Shown here one piece after another: positions 51,991 to 62,522 of a DNA stretch of 64,000 nt (position 1 is the stretch's first letter; the number at the start of each line of letters is the position of its first letter). Both the position numbers and the translations under genes were made by a program. The DNA is taken from the NCBI GenBank assembly GCA_965224485.1, contig CBDCZH010000003.1:1-64000 (forward strand). The letters run 5' to 3'. Origin of the DNA: Arcobacteraceae bacterium (GTDB lineage Bacteria > Campylobacterota > Campylobacteria > Campylobacterales > Arcobacteraceae). Under the pieces are notes generated by a model. It had not been told where the DNA came from. It did not search any database and was given only the letters and a program-made list of their open reading frames with translations.

Positions 51991-53544
51991 CTAATTAGGA
52001 ATAAGTATTCCAAACTTTGCCCCATCTTTAGTATTTCTAACTCTTAAAATACCTTTCATATTTTTATCAACAATAATCTTAGACATATAAAGACCAATAC
52101 CCGTTCCATCACTATTTGCTTTTGTTGTAAAATATGGCTCAAAGATTTTTCCTTTAGGTTTAACAGTAATTCCTCCTGCATTATCTTCTATATATAAGAT
52201 TATATGTTTTTCATCTTTTATAGCAGATATTTTAATCAAAGGATTTTTTATATTTTTACTAATTAATACATCTTTAGCATTTGAAACAATATTTAAAACA
52301 ACTTGTTCTAATTCATTTAAATAGGTATTTAATTTAATATCACGTGAAATATCTATTTCAACTTTTATATTATTATTTGATAAAGTAGAAGAAATAATAG
52401 TCATAACAGCTTCTATACATCTATAAAGCTCAAACTCTTGTTTATCTTTCTTTGGCATATAAAAGTTTCTAAAGCCATCAATAGTATGAGACATGTATTC
52501 TAAAATAACTTCAGCTTCTTTTGATTTTTTATCCATTTCTTCATCATTTAATAATTTCATTTTATACTTAAATTTTATATTCATTAAAATAGATGCTAAC
52601 TCAGATAAAGGTTGTCTCCATTGATGTGAAATATTAGACATCATTTCACCTAGGGCAATTAATCTTGATTTATGCACTAAGAGCTGTTCTTTTTCCCTAT
52701 TTTTATCAATCTCTTCTAATACTTTCTTCTCCAAAGTTTCATTTAGTTCTACAAGAGCTAGTGATTTTAATCTTACTTTTTCTTTATATTTTCTAAAAAA
52801 CTCATCAATTCTTTGACTAACTAAAATTGTAATTACAATCCCAATTGATAAAAACAGTAAAAATAAAAGTATAGTTTGCACTATTTGATTATTTACTCTT
52901 TTTTCTAAATCAATTTTTTTCAAAGCAATATCTTCTTCAATATCATCAATATAAACACCAACAGCTATAACCCAGTTCCAAGAAGGATAATATTTAAAAT
53001 AAGATAGTTTTTGATATATTTTATCATTTGATATTTTTTTATAAGCATAAGAAGTATAAGACTCACCATGTTGTTTTATATCTTTTAAAAAGGCTTCTCT
53101 GAATTTCTTTCCATTATTATCTTTAAAATTTGTTGATAAGTAAGTTCCTACAAGGTCTGGTCTATTTGGATTTACTAAAAGTTTAGCAAAATCTTCACCA
53201 CCATGAATATTTTTAATTTCATATACAAAAACATAATTACTTCTTTTTTGTTCAAATGTAATATTATTTAACATTTTTATAATATCAGTTTTTAAGGCTA
53301 TTTCTTCATCTTGCGAGTTTGTTGCTTTATACTTTATAATATCAATAATAACATCTAGCTCTTTTTTAAGTAAAGATTTTTGTTGCAAATAATAATCACT
53401 TACAAACTTATCTAAATCTTTTTCAAACTCATTATTTGTATTCTTAATATAAAAATATGATATAAAAAATATCATGGAACTCATAATGATAATAAAAACA
53501 TAAATTATTATTTTGGATATGTTTTTTTCAGTAATTAATTTCAA
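51991..53544 (-). CDS. Cache-domain sensor histidine kinase
   Basis: TM-Cache (YVFVY, KLSY...WNWVIAVGVYIDD)-TM; NISHQWRQPL; DNAGG; GTGIGLY. Confidence 0.93.
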   Translation of the reverse strand: MKLITEKNISKIIIYVFIIIMSSMIFFISYFYIKNTNNEFEKDLDKFVSDYYLQQKSLLKKELDVIIDIIKYKATNSQDEEIALKTDIIKMLNNITFEQKRSNYVFVYEIKNIHGGEDFAKLLVNPNRPDLVGTYLSTNFKDNNGKKFREAFLKDIKQHGESYTSYAYKKISNDKIYQKLSYFKYYPSWNWVIAVGVYIDDIEEDIALKKIDLEKRVNNQIVQTILLFLLFLSIGIVITILVSQRIDEFFRKYKEKVRLKSLALVELNETLEKKVLEEIDKNREKEQLLVHKSRLIALGEMMSNISHQWRQPLSELASILMNIKFKYKMKLLNDEEMDKKSKEAEVILEYMSHTIDGFRNFYMPKKDKQEFELYRCIEAVMTIISSTLSNNNIKVEIDISRDIKLNTYLNELEQVVLNIVSNAKDVLISKNIKNPLIKISAIKDEKHIILYIEDNAGGITVKPKGKIFEPYFTTKANSDGTGIGLYMSKIIVDKNMKGILRVRNTKDGAKFGILIPN

Positions 53545-53605
53545 ATTTTATTTCCTTAATATGTTATAATACCATTTAAAATAAAAAATGTCTTTAAGGT
53601 AAAGA

Positions 53606-54289
53606 ATGACCCAAGAATTAATAAATCAACTCTCAAATTTTACTCTTTTATATGCAGAAGACGAAGAAGGAATACAAAAAAATATACATGAAGTACTAGA
53701 ATGTATGTTTAAAGATATTTATCTTTGCCGTGATGGGGAGAGTGCTTATGCAATATATGAAGAGAAAAAACCTGATTTAATTATTACAGATATAAAAATG
53801 CCTAAATTAAATGGTATTGAACTTATAAAAAAGATTAGACTAAGAGATAGCAAAACAAGAGTTATTATAACCTCAGCTCATACAGATTTAGAATATATGT
53901 TAGATGCTTCTGAGCTTCATTTAGTTAAATATATAGTAAAACCTATTACTGAGCAAAAATTAACACAGGCTTTACAAAGTTTTATTTCTTCTTATGAAGG
54001 AAGTAAACTTTTTCCATTTTTAGCAAATTGGATGTATGATGAAAGTAAATCAATAATTACAAATGAAAATGATGAGTTTATGCTTACAAAAAAAGAAAAT
54101 ATATTTTTCAAACTATTATTGCAAAAAAATAGAATCATAACATATGATGAAATTGATGCAATTTTATGGGATAAAGACTCAGTGATGACTCAAAATGCCT
54201 TAAGATTATTTATTAAAAACCTAAGAAAAAAACTTCCAAGTTCTTGCTTGAAAAATGTACAAGGTATTGGATATAGACTAGTATTATAA
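53606..54289 (+). CDS. OmpR-family response regulator
   Basis: AEDE, IITDIKMP, KP, LRKKL...GIGYR. Confidence 0.93.
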   Translation: MTQELINQLSNFTLLYAEDEEGIQKNIHEVLECMFKDIYLCRDGESAYAIYEEKKPDLIITDIKMPKLNGIELIKKIRLRDSKTRVIITSAHTDLEYMLDASELHLVKYIVKPITEQKLTQALQSFISSYEGSKLFPFLANWMYDESKSIITNENDEFMLTKKENIFFKLLLQKNRIITYDEIDAILWDKDSVMTQNALRLFIKNLRKKLPSSCLKNVQGIGYRLVL

Positions 54290-54293
54290 AGAG

Positions 54294-55145
54294 TTAATTT
54301 AACTCTTTATAACTTTTTTTACTCTGCATATTTTCGCTATCTTCATCTAAAGAAGTATTCAAATTATCAATAGAACTAAGTCTTAAACTTTCCAGTTTTA
54401 CAAAATACGCATTCCCTAAATATATTATATAAAATACAGCAGAAAACATTGTAATAAAGGGAATCATTGATACTAAATAAAGTAATAAGGTTCTAGTTCT
54501 AAAACCTAAAGAATTTTTTTCATATATTATTTTATATTCATCTTCATTTAACAGTGTTGAGGAAACATCAAAGTTTAATAGTTTGTGAAAAAAGTAATAA
54601 AAAGGCAAATTAAAAGCAAGTATATTAATCAACGGAATAAAATATAAAGGAAATAAAAGAATAAAGAGTAATAACATTACAAAAGTTGATTTAATTAAAA
54701 CAAATAAAGGAGAGAGAAGAGAAGCATTTCCGTTTAGAACTAAAGAAGAATAATGTCTTTTATGTAAAATTTTTAAAATCATAGGACTTAAGAAACCTAT
54801 TATTATAAGTGTTAAGAACATTGAAAACATCATTACAAAAATTGCACCAATAGTATAAAATAAAAAACCAACCAACCAAGCAGTAATTGAATACTTAAAT
54901 AAAAATACTATTAAATAAGTAAGCCAAATAAAATAAAAAGGAGCAGTTTCATTTATAATTACTTCTTGATTATTTGAAGATTGATCAATAACTACTTTTA
55001 AAGCATCAAAACCAAAATCAGCAGCAGTAAAAAATATTATATACAGTAAAAGCATAGTAATAATTAAAGGCAGAAGAGCTATTTTTAACATAGGTTTTGT
55101 AAAAAAGTCTTTTATACTTCTAAAAATAATTTCAAATTCATTCAA
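54294..55145 (-). CDS. EI24/CysZ-like membrane protein
   Basis: Polytopic; IGFLSP, FIPLIN, YYFFHKLLNFDV. Confidence 0.75.
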   Translation of the reverse strand: MNEFEIIFRSIKDFFTKPMLKIALLPLIITMLLLYIIFFTAADFGFDALKVVIDQSSNNQEVIINETAPFYFIWLTYLIVFLFKYSITAWLVGFLFYTIGAIFVMMFSMFLTLIIIGFLSPMILKILHKRHYSSLVLNGNASLLSPLFVLIKSTFVMLLLFILLFPLYFIPLINILAFNLPFYYFFHKLLNFDVSSTLLNEDEYKIIYEKNSLGFRTRTLLLYLVSMIPFITMFSAVFYIIYLGNAYFVKLESLRLSSIDNLNTSLDEDSENMQSKKSYKELN

Positions 55146-55216
55146 TGTGTTCCCTTATAATTATATAAATCATATTATTTATATAATTTTTTATATTATA
55201 TCTATTTTTGCTTCTT

Positions 55217-56092
55217 TTACTTATCAAACCTAGTTCTATATTCACATCTTTGACATAAGTCTTCTAAGTCATTTTTTTGTTTAAAAGAGTTTTTTATATC
55301 AAGTACTTTTTGTGAGCTTAATACATCTTTTAAACTTTGTGCTTCTAGGTTACCTAGATTTATAATTCCATCTTTATCTAAACAGCAAGGAACAACAGTA
55401 CCTGAGCTTAATATACCAAAATGCGAATCTAAACCATAACAAAAACCTTTTTTTGAAATATAAGGTGCATCTAAAGCTGGCCAAGTGAAATATTCATCAA
55501 AGTTAAAAAATATCTTTCTTTCTAGTCTTATATTTTTAGGTTTTTGTATATATATATCTTCAAAATTTAAACTTGAGTTAAAAAATTCATTTGCATAAGA
55601 GAATACTTCTTCATTAAACTCTTTTGCACTATTATCATCATCTAAGTTCCAAATTCTAAAATTTATAAAAAAATCTTGTTTATGTAAAATTGCATGTTTA
55701 GTAAAAGCAAAAATAGGATCAAGATACTCTTTTAGTGTTTTTTTATGTGAATTTGCATTATAAGAATTAAGTGAAAAGTTTATTTGCTTAATAGTTTTAT
55801 GCATTAAAGTATCAAACATACTTTCATTTAAATTATTTGCTGTTGTTGTGATATTTACTTTTAAATTATGAGAGGCTGAAATATCTAAATATTCATTTAA
55901 ATTATTTACAACTAAAGGATCTCCTACTACATGATAAGCTAACTCTTTTGTATGGCTTTTAAGCTCAGCATTTATTTTATCAAACAAGATTAAAGGCATA
56001 GTAAAGTTAGCCAAAGTTTTAGGAGGACAAAATGTACATTTTAATTTACATATATTTGTGATTTCTATGTTTACTTTTCTAAATTTAGCTAT
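55217..56092 (-). CDS. Radical SAM/SPASM domain protein (probable ATA start at 56092)
   Basis: IEITNICKLKCTFC lies in frame upstream of the ORF-track start; C-terminal CYG, PCCLD and CQRC SPASM cysteines. Confidence 0.88.
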   Translation of the reverse strand: MAKFRKVNIEITNICKLKCTFCPPKTLANFTMPLILFDKINAELKSHTKELAYHVVGDPLVVNNLNEYLDISASHNLKVNITTTANNLNESMFDTLMHKTIKQINFSLNSYNANSHKKTLKEYLDPIFAFTKHAILHKQDFFINFRIWNLDDDNSAKEFNEEVFSYANEFFNSSLNFEDIYIQKPKNIRLERKIFFNFDEYFTWPALDAPYISKKGFCYGLDSHFGILSSGTVVPCCLDKDGIINLGNLEAQSLKDVLSSQKVLDIKNSFKQKNDLEDLCQRCEYRTRFDK

Positions 56093-56211
56093 AAGAAATT
56101 CCTTTTTTGGAAGTTTAGCAAAATTTATTTAAAAAACAACCAGCTATTTTTTTTATTAGCATAAACTTTGCTTAACTTAGCTATTATTCCACAAGAAATA
56201 AAGGTTTATAT

Positions 56212-56538
56212 ATGGAAATGATTTTAAATGAAAATGATATTGTTGTAGGTGCTTCTTTTGAAAACGGAACCATTCAAGATTATGTAGATGAAAATAATAC
56301 TTATGGTCTAGTAAGAAGAGAAGAAACAAGCGCAAACTGGTTTTTATATAATGATGAAGATAGTCCTGCTGAAATGAAAGACCTTTATAGAAAAGTTAAA
56401 CAAGATAAAAATCACTTCATTCAAAATGATTTTGGAGAAGAAGTTGTAATTTTTAATAAAGATGGTGCAAGCTCATATGATGACTTAGCTCTAATTATAG
56501 ATAAATATTTAAATGCAGAAATCAACCCTGCATTTTAA
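56212..56538 (+). CDS. Hypothetical acidic protein
   Basis: 108-aa ORF with AAGG RBS. Confidence 0.75.
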   Translation: MEMILNENDIVVGASFENGTIQDYVDENNTYGLVRREETSANWFLYNDEDSPAEMKDLYRKVKQDKNHFIQNDFGEEVVIFNKDGASSYDDLALIIDKYLNAEINPAF

Positions 56539-56550
56539 GAAGGATAAATT

Positions 56551-57855
56551 ATAGAAAAATTTACTACAGGAAATCTTTGTAAAGAGATTTTACAAGCCTT
56601 AGAAGAAGAAGGGTATAAACACCCAACATCAATACAAAAGAAAGCTATTCCAGCAGCACTTAAGAAACAAGATATTCTAGGAAGTGCTCAAAGTGGAACA
56701 GGTAAAACAGCAGCTTTTGTTTTACCTATTATTCAAAATTTAAAAGCTCATATAAACAAAGATGCAAGAGTTATAAGAGTTTTAATTTTAGTTCCAACAA
56801 GAGAATTAGCAAATCAAATTTCTCGTGCAATTTCAAATTATGCAAGACATCTTGATATTAAACATACAGAGGTTTATGGAGGAGTTTCACATAAAGAACA
56901 ACTAAGAAAGATAAGTAATGGTGTTGAGATTCTAATAGCAACTCCTGGACGTTTAATAGATCATATTGAAAATAAAAAAATTGATTTATCAAGTGTTCAA
57001 ACATTAGTTGTAGATGAAGCAGATACTATGCTTGATATGGGATTTTTAAAAGATATAGAAGCTATATTTGAACAAGCTAGTCCTAATAGACAAGTAATGA
57101 TGTTCTCAGCAACTCTATCTCAAAATGTAAGAAAACTAGCAAAAGAGTTTTTATCAAACCCTTTATCTATTGAAATTCATGATAAACGATCAAATGTTGG
57201 TTTAATTAAACATGAAATTTATAATGTAGATGCTTTAAAGAAAACTCAAATGTTATCTTTTTTAATTGGTTCTAAAAACTATTCACAAGTATTGATTTTT
57301 GTAAATACTAAAAAAAGAGCAGATCATTTAGCCCAACAACTTAGCCTAGATGGACTTCCTTCAGAAGCAATTCATGGAGATATTAAACAACCAGCACGAG
57401 CAAGGGCTTTAAAAAAGTTTAAGAAAAATGAACTTAGAGTTTTAGTAGCAACTGATATAGCAGCACGTGGAATAGATATTGAACAATTAGCTCATGTAGT
57501 AAACTTTGAACTTCCAGAAACATGTGATGATTTTACTCATAGAGTTGGAAGAACGGGACGAGCTGGTCATGCTGGTCACGCTATTACACTTTTATGTGTT
57601 AAAGAGTATAAACAAATGTTAGAAATTGAAAAAGAATTAATTTTAAATATTGATAGATTAACACATGAAGATTATGAACCAACAGAAAAAGCTCCAAGAT
57701 TAGCAAGATTTAAGAAATCATCTTTAAGTGAAAAAAAAGGTTTAAATAAAACTTTTAGAAAAAAGAAATTAGATAAAAACCAACTTCCAAGCAAGGGTGC
57801 AAAAAAATCTAAGAAAACTACAAAACGTGATGATAATAGAAAATTTGGAAAATAA
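56551..57855 (+). CDS. DEAD-box RNA helicase (RhlE-like; probable ATA/ATT start)
   Basis: Q motif GYKHPTSIQ, AQSGTGKT, PTRELA, TPGR and DEAD all lie upstream of the first ATG (57028); SAT, ARGID, HRVGRTGRAG follow. Confidence 0.93.
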   Translation: MEKFTTGNLCKEILQALEEEGYKHPTSIQKKAIPAALKKQDILGSAQSGTGKTAAFVLPIIQNLKAHINKDARVIRVLILVPTRELANQISRAISNYARHLDIKHTEVYGGVSHKEQLRKISNGVEILIATPGRLIDHIENKKIDLSSVQTLVVDEADTMLDMGFLKDIEAIFEQASPNRQVMMFSATLSQNVRKLAKEFLSNPLSIEIHDKRSNVGLIKHEIYNVDALKKTQMLSFLIGSKNYSQVLIFVNTKKRADHLAQQLSLDGLPSEAIHGDIKQPARARALKKFKKNELRVLVATDIAARGIDIEQLAHVVNFELPETCDDFTHRVGRTGRAGHAGHAITLLCVKEYKQMLEIEKELILNIDRLTHEDYEPTEKAPRLARFKKSSLSEKKGLNKTFRKKKLDKNQLPSKGAKKSKKTTKRDDNRKFGK

Positions 57856-57864
57856 GGAATAAAA

Positions 57865-58242
57865 ATGTTATATATTGAAGAGAGTAATAAAAGTGCAAAA
57901 GAAATTGTACAAACAATTCAAGATGTAATTGAAAATTATAAATTTGGAATATTACATATTCATAATCCTAAAGAAATTCTAACATCTAAAGGAATGGACT
58001 TTAAAAATGAGTGTTATATTTTAGACGTTTGTAATGCAAGTATTGCAAAAAAGTTCCTAGATATTGATATGTCAATTGCTTCAATGATTCCATGTAAGAT
58101 TTCAGTTTATGAAGATAAAAATCAAACATATATAGCTATGAATTCAATTACTCAATTAGTAGATGATATAAACCCTGATTTAGTATATCTAGCAAAGGAA
58201 GCACAAGATATTTTACTAAAATTAATAGAAGAAGTTAAATAA
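57865..58242 (+). CDS. DUF302-family protein
   Basis: FGIL, DVCN...A, IPCKISVYE. Confidence 0.85.
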   Translation: MLYIEESNKSAKEIVQTIQDVIENYKFGILHIHNPKEILTSKGMDFKNECYILDVCNASIAKKFLDIDMSIASMIPCKISVYEDKNQTYIAMNSITQLVDDINPDLVYLAKEAQDILLKLIEEVK

Positions 58243-58260
58243 GAAGTTAAAACTTCTTAT
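58239..58260. terminator. Small hairpin between convergent genes
   Basis: ataagaagtt-aa-aacttcttat. Confidence 0.45.
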
Positions 58261-58265
58261 TTAAC

Positions 58266-59258
58266 TTAGATTCCTAACCAACGTTTCCAAAACACCTTCA
58301 ACGTTCCATCTTTTTCAAGACAAGATTTACCAGCTCTTAACTCATAAATATTTTTAGGAGAACATCGTTTTAAATCATCTTCAAATATATTTACAGAAAT
58401 TAAATTTGGCTGGGAATAAAGAATACTTATATCATCAACATTACTATCCCTTAATGTTATATATTGAAGATTACTAAGTTTTTTAAGTACTGATATATCT
58501 TTAATTGGATTAAGTGACAAATTAATACTGAGTAAAGAAATATAGTTTGAAACAACATCAATATTTGTAATTTTGTTTGAGGATAAATTTAACTCTTCTA
58601 AATTTTTCAAATTAGTTAAACAAGAAATATCAGATATTTTATTACTATTTATATTTAGTATTTTTAGTTTTATTAGCCCATTAAGAGAACATACCTTAGT
58701 CATATTACTATGAGAAAGAGAAAGTATTTCTAAATTTTTTAAAGTCTTTAAATATTCTAATTTAATTATTTTATTTGTACCTAAAAGGAGATGCTTAAGT
58801 TTTATCAAACTACTAAGTGAAGATATATCATGTAAGTTTTTTAAATTTAAAGATAAATAAGTTAAATTATATAGTTTTTTTAAAGGTTGAATATCAATTA
58901 TAGGATTATAAGATAAGTTTAAATCACGTAGATTAGTTAATTTGGATAAAGGGTTTAAATTAGAGATATTATTTCTATATAAAGATAAATCTACAAGGTT
59001 TGGAAAATATTGAAGTGGACTTAAATCTGATATCTTCTTTTCTATTATTCTAAGACTTTTTCTTTTCTTTAAAAATATACTTAAGTCTTGACACTTACTT
59101 TTAGAAAATGAGTGCTCTTTTCCATCATATTGTTTAATAATTGCATCTAGAGTGTGTTCTTGCGTTCTGGTAGGATTTTCACACATTTTTATAAAATAAC
59201 TTTTTGCAAAACTTAAAGTAGAAAGTAGTATTGTTATTATAAATATTTGTTTAATCAT
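58266..59258 (-). CDS. Secreted leucine-rich-repeat protein (internalin-type LRR), putative T6SS immunity protein 2
   Basis: Signal peptide; LxxLxLxxNxIxDI repeats; Cys caps; C-terminus CSPKN...EKDGTLKVFWKRWLGI. Confidence 0.85.
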   Translation of the reverse strand: MIKQIFIITILLSTLSFAKSYFIKMCENPTRTQEHTLDAIIKQYDGKEHSFSKSKCQDLSIFLKKRKSLRIIEKKISDLSPLQYFPNLVDLSLYRNNISNLNPLSKLTNLRDLNLSYNPIIDIQPLKKLYNLTYLSLNLKNLHDISSLSSLIKLKHLLLGTNKIIKLEYLKTLKNLEILSLSHSNMTKVCSLNGLIKLKILNINSNKISDISCLTNLKNLEELNLSSNKITNIDVVSNYISLLSINLSLNPIKDISVLKKLSNLQYITLRDSNVDDISILYSQPNLISVNIFEDDLKRCSPKNIYELRAGKSCLEKDGTLKVFWKRWLGI

Positions 59259-59538
59259 CTTTGTGGTCCTAACCTTCTTAAAAAACTATGAACTTTTTTA
59301 TAAAGTTCTTTTCTACTAATAGAGTGTGATTTTATTAGTAAGTATGGAATACTACCTATCTCACCTTTAGTATCTGTTTTATCAATCAAACTACCAAAAT
59401 CTCTAGCTTTAAATATTAGTTCATAATTTTTAACTAAATCAGATAATTGAAAAAGTATTTTTAAAACTCATCTTTTATCCAATATCTGCGTTCGATTAGA
59501 AAATTTAAAAGTTCATTTACTAATTGTAAACTTCTCAT
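59255..59538 (-). pseudogene. C-terminal fragment of a divergent paralogous effector
   Basis: Ends ...YLLIKSHSISRKELYKKVHSFLRRLGPQR vs effector ...YFMQESHSTSRRYLHKEVEEFLRRIGPEN; stop overlaps the LRR start (ATGA). Confidence 0.8.
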
Positions 59539-59591
59539 TTAAATTTCCTTCTCTGCCTTAATATTGAATAAAATATGAGTTTTAGTCTATA

Positions 59592-60617
59592 TTAGATTCC
59601 TAACCAACGTTTCCAGAATACCTTCAACGTTCCATCTTTCTCAAAACAAGTTATTCCTGCCCTTACTTCCTTCATATTTTTTGGTGAACACCAAGATAGT
59701 GAACGATTGAAGTATTCTTCTATAAATCTTTCACTAGCATCTTCAGAATATTTTATAGTTTTAGATTTTCCTAAAGGGCTTAAATACTTTATTTTTGTAT
59801 CCGAAAATTGAAAAGAATTTAACTTTTTCATTTTTGCCAAAGGAGATATATCTTCAATAGGATTATTTCTAATCACTAATTCCATTAAACTATCAAGCTT
59901 AATTAATGGAGTTAAATCTGTAATTTGATTATTTTTTATTTCTAAATATTCTAAGCTTTCAAAGTTTTCTATACATTTTAAGCTTTTTAAGTTATTTGAA
60001 CTTAAATATAAGCGTTTTAAAGATTTTAAATTATTAAGTTTACATAAACTATTTATTTTTATGCTATTTATTCTTGCACTAGTTTTTAAATTAGTTAGAT
60101 TATTAAGTACTTCATAATTTTTCCCTCCAAATAAAAAAATTCTTTCTAATGTTTTAATATTTCTAATAGGTGAAATATCAACATTTTTACCTAAATCTAT
60201 TGCTAAGTATTTTAAAGGTAAATCTTTTAAACTATCTAAACCTTTAGTAATTGTATTTCCCATTAATTCTAATTTTTCTAGTTTAGTAAGATACTTAATG
60301 GGTGTTATATCTGTTATTTGATTCCTATAAAAATCTAAGGTAGTTGTTTCGGGGAAATACTTTAAAATACTAATGTCTGTAATATTACCTCTTCTTGAAT
60401 CGGGGGCATGTTTAAATTGACTTAGTCTTTTGCAAATATTTTTATCTGTATAATTAATTTGATACTTTTTTAAGGGATAAGAAGAATTTCTTTCATTAAT
60501 CATTGCTTTTAAAAAAATTTCTTGAGCTATAGTTGGATTTTTACACATAGAAATAAAATTATCTTCGCAAAAACATAAACTTATTGTTAAACTTAATAAT
60601 ATTAATATCTTTTTCAA
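59592..60617 (-). CDS. Secreted leucine-rich-repeat protein, putative cognate T6SS immunity protein
   Basis: Signal peptide; LRRs; same terminal EKDGTLKVFWKRWLGI; TTG start overlaps the effector stop. Confidence 0.85.
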   Translation of the reverse strand: MKKILILLSLTISLCFCEDNFISMCKNPTIAQEIFLKAMINERNSSYPLKKYQINYTDKNICKRLSQFKHAPDSRRGNITDISILKYFPETTTLDFYRNQITDITPIKYLTKLEKLELMGNTITKGLDSLKDLPLKYLAIDLGKNVDISPIRNIKTLERIFLFGGKNYEVLNNLTNLKTSARINSIKINSLCKLNNLKSLKRLYLSSNNLKSLKCIENFESLEYLEIKNNQITDLTPLIKLDSLMELVIRNNPIEDISPLAKMKKLNSFQFSDTKIKYLSPLGKSKTIKYSEDASERFIEEYFNRSLSWCSPKNMKEVRAGITCFEKDGTLKVFWKRWLGI

Positions 60618-62522
60618 TTCTCTGGTCCTATTCTTCTTAAAAATTCTTCTACTTCTTTATGTAAATATCTTCTACTTGTTGAGTGTGATTCTTGCATAAA
60701 ATACATTAAAACACCCATATTAAAAGCTTCTAAATTACCTACATAACGTTTATTAAAAATTGATTTTAATTTATTTAATACAATCTTAAATTCATCTAAA
60801 CTTTTCTCTGCTTTGTTATCTAAGACTACAGACAATCCAAATATTCCTGTATTTCCCCAAGAATCAATACCACTATGTACTGGTGAGTGAGATAACAATG
60901 TAAAAAGTATATCCATTAAATTTGTTTGATTTGAACTACTTTGATATTGAAGTTCTTTCTTTTCTAAATTTGAAAGTAATTTATAATATCTTTGAGAGAA
61001 TACTTTAGGATTTAAAGAATCATCAATTTTTTGTTGAATACCAAAAAGAGGTGTTGTATTTGAACTAATCACTGCCCTAGTAAAATTACTAGCTGATTTA
61101 GTTTGAGCTGTTTTTTTGTCATAGTCATCTCTTTTTGTTACATTTAAGCCACTTGTTGATTCATTTTCCATATAGGCTATTTTATTTTTTAGAAAAGTAT
61201 CTTTAAATTGTTCCTCAGGAAATACATAGGTATCATCAAATTTTTCAATACTATTGTCTAAAATCTTAAAAAGTAAATTCCAAATTGAGATTTGATTATT
61301 TGAAATTAATGTACTTTCATTTATATCTAAAAGTGAAGTTAATGTATCTATTAGATTTTTTGAAGCACTTAAATCTGAAAATATTCCTCTTCTACTATAA
61401 CTTGTTTCATTTGATAGTACTAATTTATTCTTTTCTTCAAAGGCTTCTTTTAAAGTACCTATGTCTTTTAATATCTTTTCTAAAATCTTTATAAAAGTTA
61501 AATAAGAAGAATTATCTAAAATCTGGTGTTTTGTTTTTAGCTCACCTTTTGGGATTGTTTCTTTTAAAAAATTTGAAACTTTTATACTCTATTTCTTTAT
61601 TTAATTCTTTTATTACTTCTAGTAAACCAACCTTCTCTTTCTTAAAATAAATCAAATTTTCTAAAGCTGTAAAAAACTCTATACTTTTATCATAAAAATT
61701 TCTTCCCTCTTTTTCTGTAAGATAAAGATCTGTTAATTTATTTGTTGGTATTGCTCCATATGCAGTTTTACATTTATCTATTAGTCCTTCTTTTATAACT
61801 TTTCCTTTTTCATCAGGCTTGTTTTTAGGACTCTTTTCTCTTATTGTTACAATATTTTTATCTTCTAAAACTTTTTCAAGCGTATCTAAACTAAACATTG
61901 AAAAATCTGCAACAAAGTTTTGTGTTAAATCATATTCATTATAAACATGTAAAACTTCTGCATCTTTATGAAAAAAGCTTTCACTAACTTTTACTTGATG
62001 AAGTTCTTTAAAAAATGGAGTAGAGAGGTATGTAAGAGATTTTATTTTCCACTTTTCAGGCCATTTATTTCCAAGTGCTGATATCTCTTTCGTCATTTCA
62101 TTCATAACATTTCCACCATGAGAGTGACCTATTAAATGAAAACAAATACTTTTATTTTTTAAACCTTCATAGTAGCCTTTATCATTATGTTCATCTTTCA
62201 TGCAGAGTCTTCGTACTAAATATTTTCCCGCTACTTCTCGATTAGATATACAATTATCTCCTGACCATCCAAATTTATCAAATATTATAAAATCATTGAT
62301 TTCATTTTCTAGTTCTTTCATTCTTTTATAAAAATCATCATCCCAATACATTGAAAGAGACTGATAACTATTGGCTCGTCCTTCTGTTTTATCGTAAGAT
62401 GTATTTTGCTTGTTTTTTATACTATTTATAGGATCAGATGTACCTGGAACTAAAATATAAATATGTCTTGATTTCGTTTTTGTAACATCATTCATTACAG
62501 AAATACTTAATTTATTTGACAT
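60614..62522 (-). CDS. Alpha/beta-hydrolase (Tle-like lipase) T6SS effector, ~635 aa, one frameshift near 61583
   Basis: LVPGT, WSGDN, nucleophile elbow LIGHSHGG, LSTPF, NEYD, C-terminal SHS; the second frame is open from ~61585 to 60614; directly downstream of vgrG. Confidence 0.8.

Noticed and set aside
58266..60617. LRR proteins as internalin-like host invasins
   Set aside because: They have no wall anchor or autotransporter domain, and coupling to effector ends fits immunity better; not formally excluded
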